Below are positions 63,606-64,000 of a DNA stretch of 64,000 nucleotides, piece by piece. This stretch comes from Octopus sinensis (taxonomy: Eukaryota), in NCBI RefSeq assembly GCF_006345805.1, contig NC_042997.1:74710001-74774000 (forward strand), written 5' to 3'. The notes below the pieces were generated by a model. It saw only the letters and a list, made by a program, of their open reading frames with translations, searched no databases and was not told the origin of the DNA. A program made the translations under genes and the position numbers. The stretch's first letter is position 1. The number at the start of each line of letters is the position of its first letter.

Positions 63606-64000
63606 CATATATTGCTTTTTTTGCTGATAGATACAATTTGTGCAGACTTATAGTACAAAAGTAGACATTCAACTATCTGTAGGCAACCTACACATTTAGA
63701 ACATCAAATGTGCAAAACTTTAATCTGATCTGAGAACATAAGATAGTCTACCAAGTTATGTTCACTTATGTAGGTTGCAGAGTGGATATGTTTGTTCCAG
63801 TTTTCTTTTCATACAACTTTTTATATAGGCAGGCAACATGGAATCAGTTTATATGGTCAATTAATTCAAATGCAATAACTTTGAAGCACATTTTATTGTT
63901 AACATGTTTTAGCTTGACAGAGTGTCAGAATGCCAAGTTGGTAGCCTTACATGCAGGATTCCATTTCATCAGTAAATCTTAACAGAATCAATCTGCTGAT

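Overview
AT-rich, repeat-dense animal genomic DNA. The SINE and RTE families resemble those of Octopus/coleoid cephalopods; this taxon is an inference. The one host gene I can support is an axonemal outer-arm dynein beta-type heavy chain (DNAH9/11/17 co-ortholog, N-terminal tail region) on the minus strand. I traced nine GT-AG exons by hand: 63308-63043, 60169-60101, 49743-49617, 12140-11885, 9109-8865, 7099-6767, 5569-5315, 2721-2552 and 2138-1916. They join in one stop-free frame of 1944 nt (648 codons), and the gene runs off both ends of the window. Two exons (69 nt and 170 nt) are missing from the ORF track. One intron is about 37.5 kb (12141-49616). Introns are filled with RTE LINEs, Penelope-like elements (PLEs) of several clades, Helitrons, mariner/Tc1 remnants, a Hero-like retrotransposon, a solo LTR, SINEs and microsatellites. 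The most notable non-coding signal is a set of minimal type-I hammerhead ribozyme (HHR) motifs linked to PLE-type repeats. Three well-formed ones lie within about 3.1 kb in sense to the dynein pre-mRNA, and two of these have non-canonical cores (a compensatory U3-A8 pair; U4C with a 92-nt helix II insert). Other observations: a twin-priming-like inverted RTE with a TSD, a 247-bp templated insertion, a 165/166-bp satellite with a dimeric higher-order repeat, and an unexplained AT-rich fold-back block. Exon, ribozyme, LTR and repeat-arm coordinates were counted base by base. Boundaries of degenerate TEs are approximate, and family assignments come from recalled motifs, not database searches.
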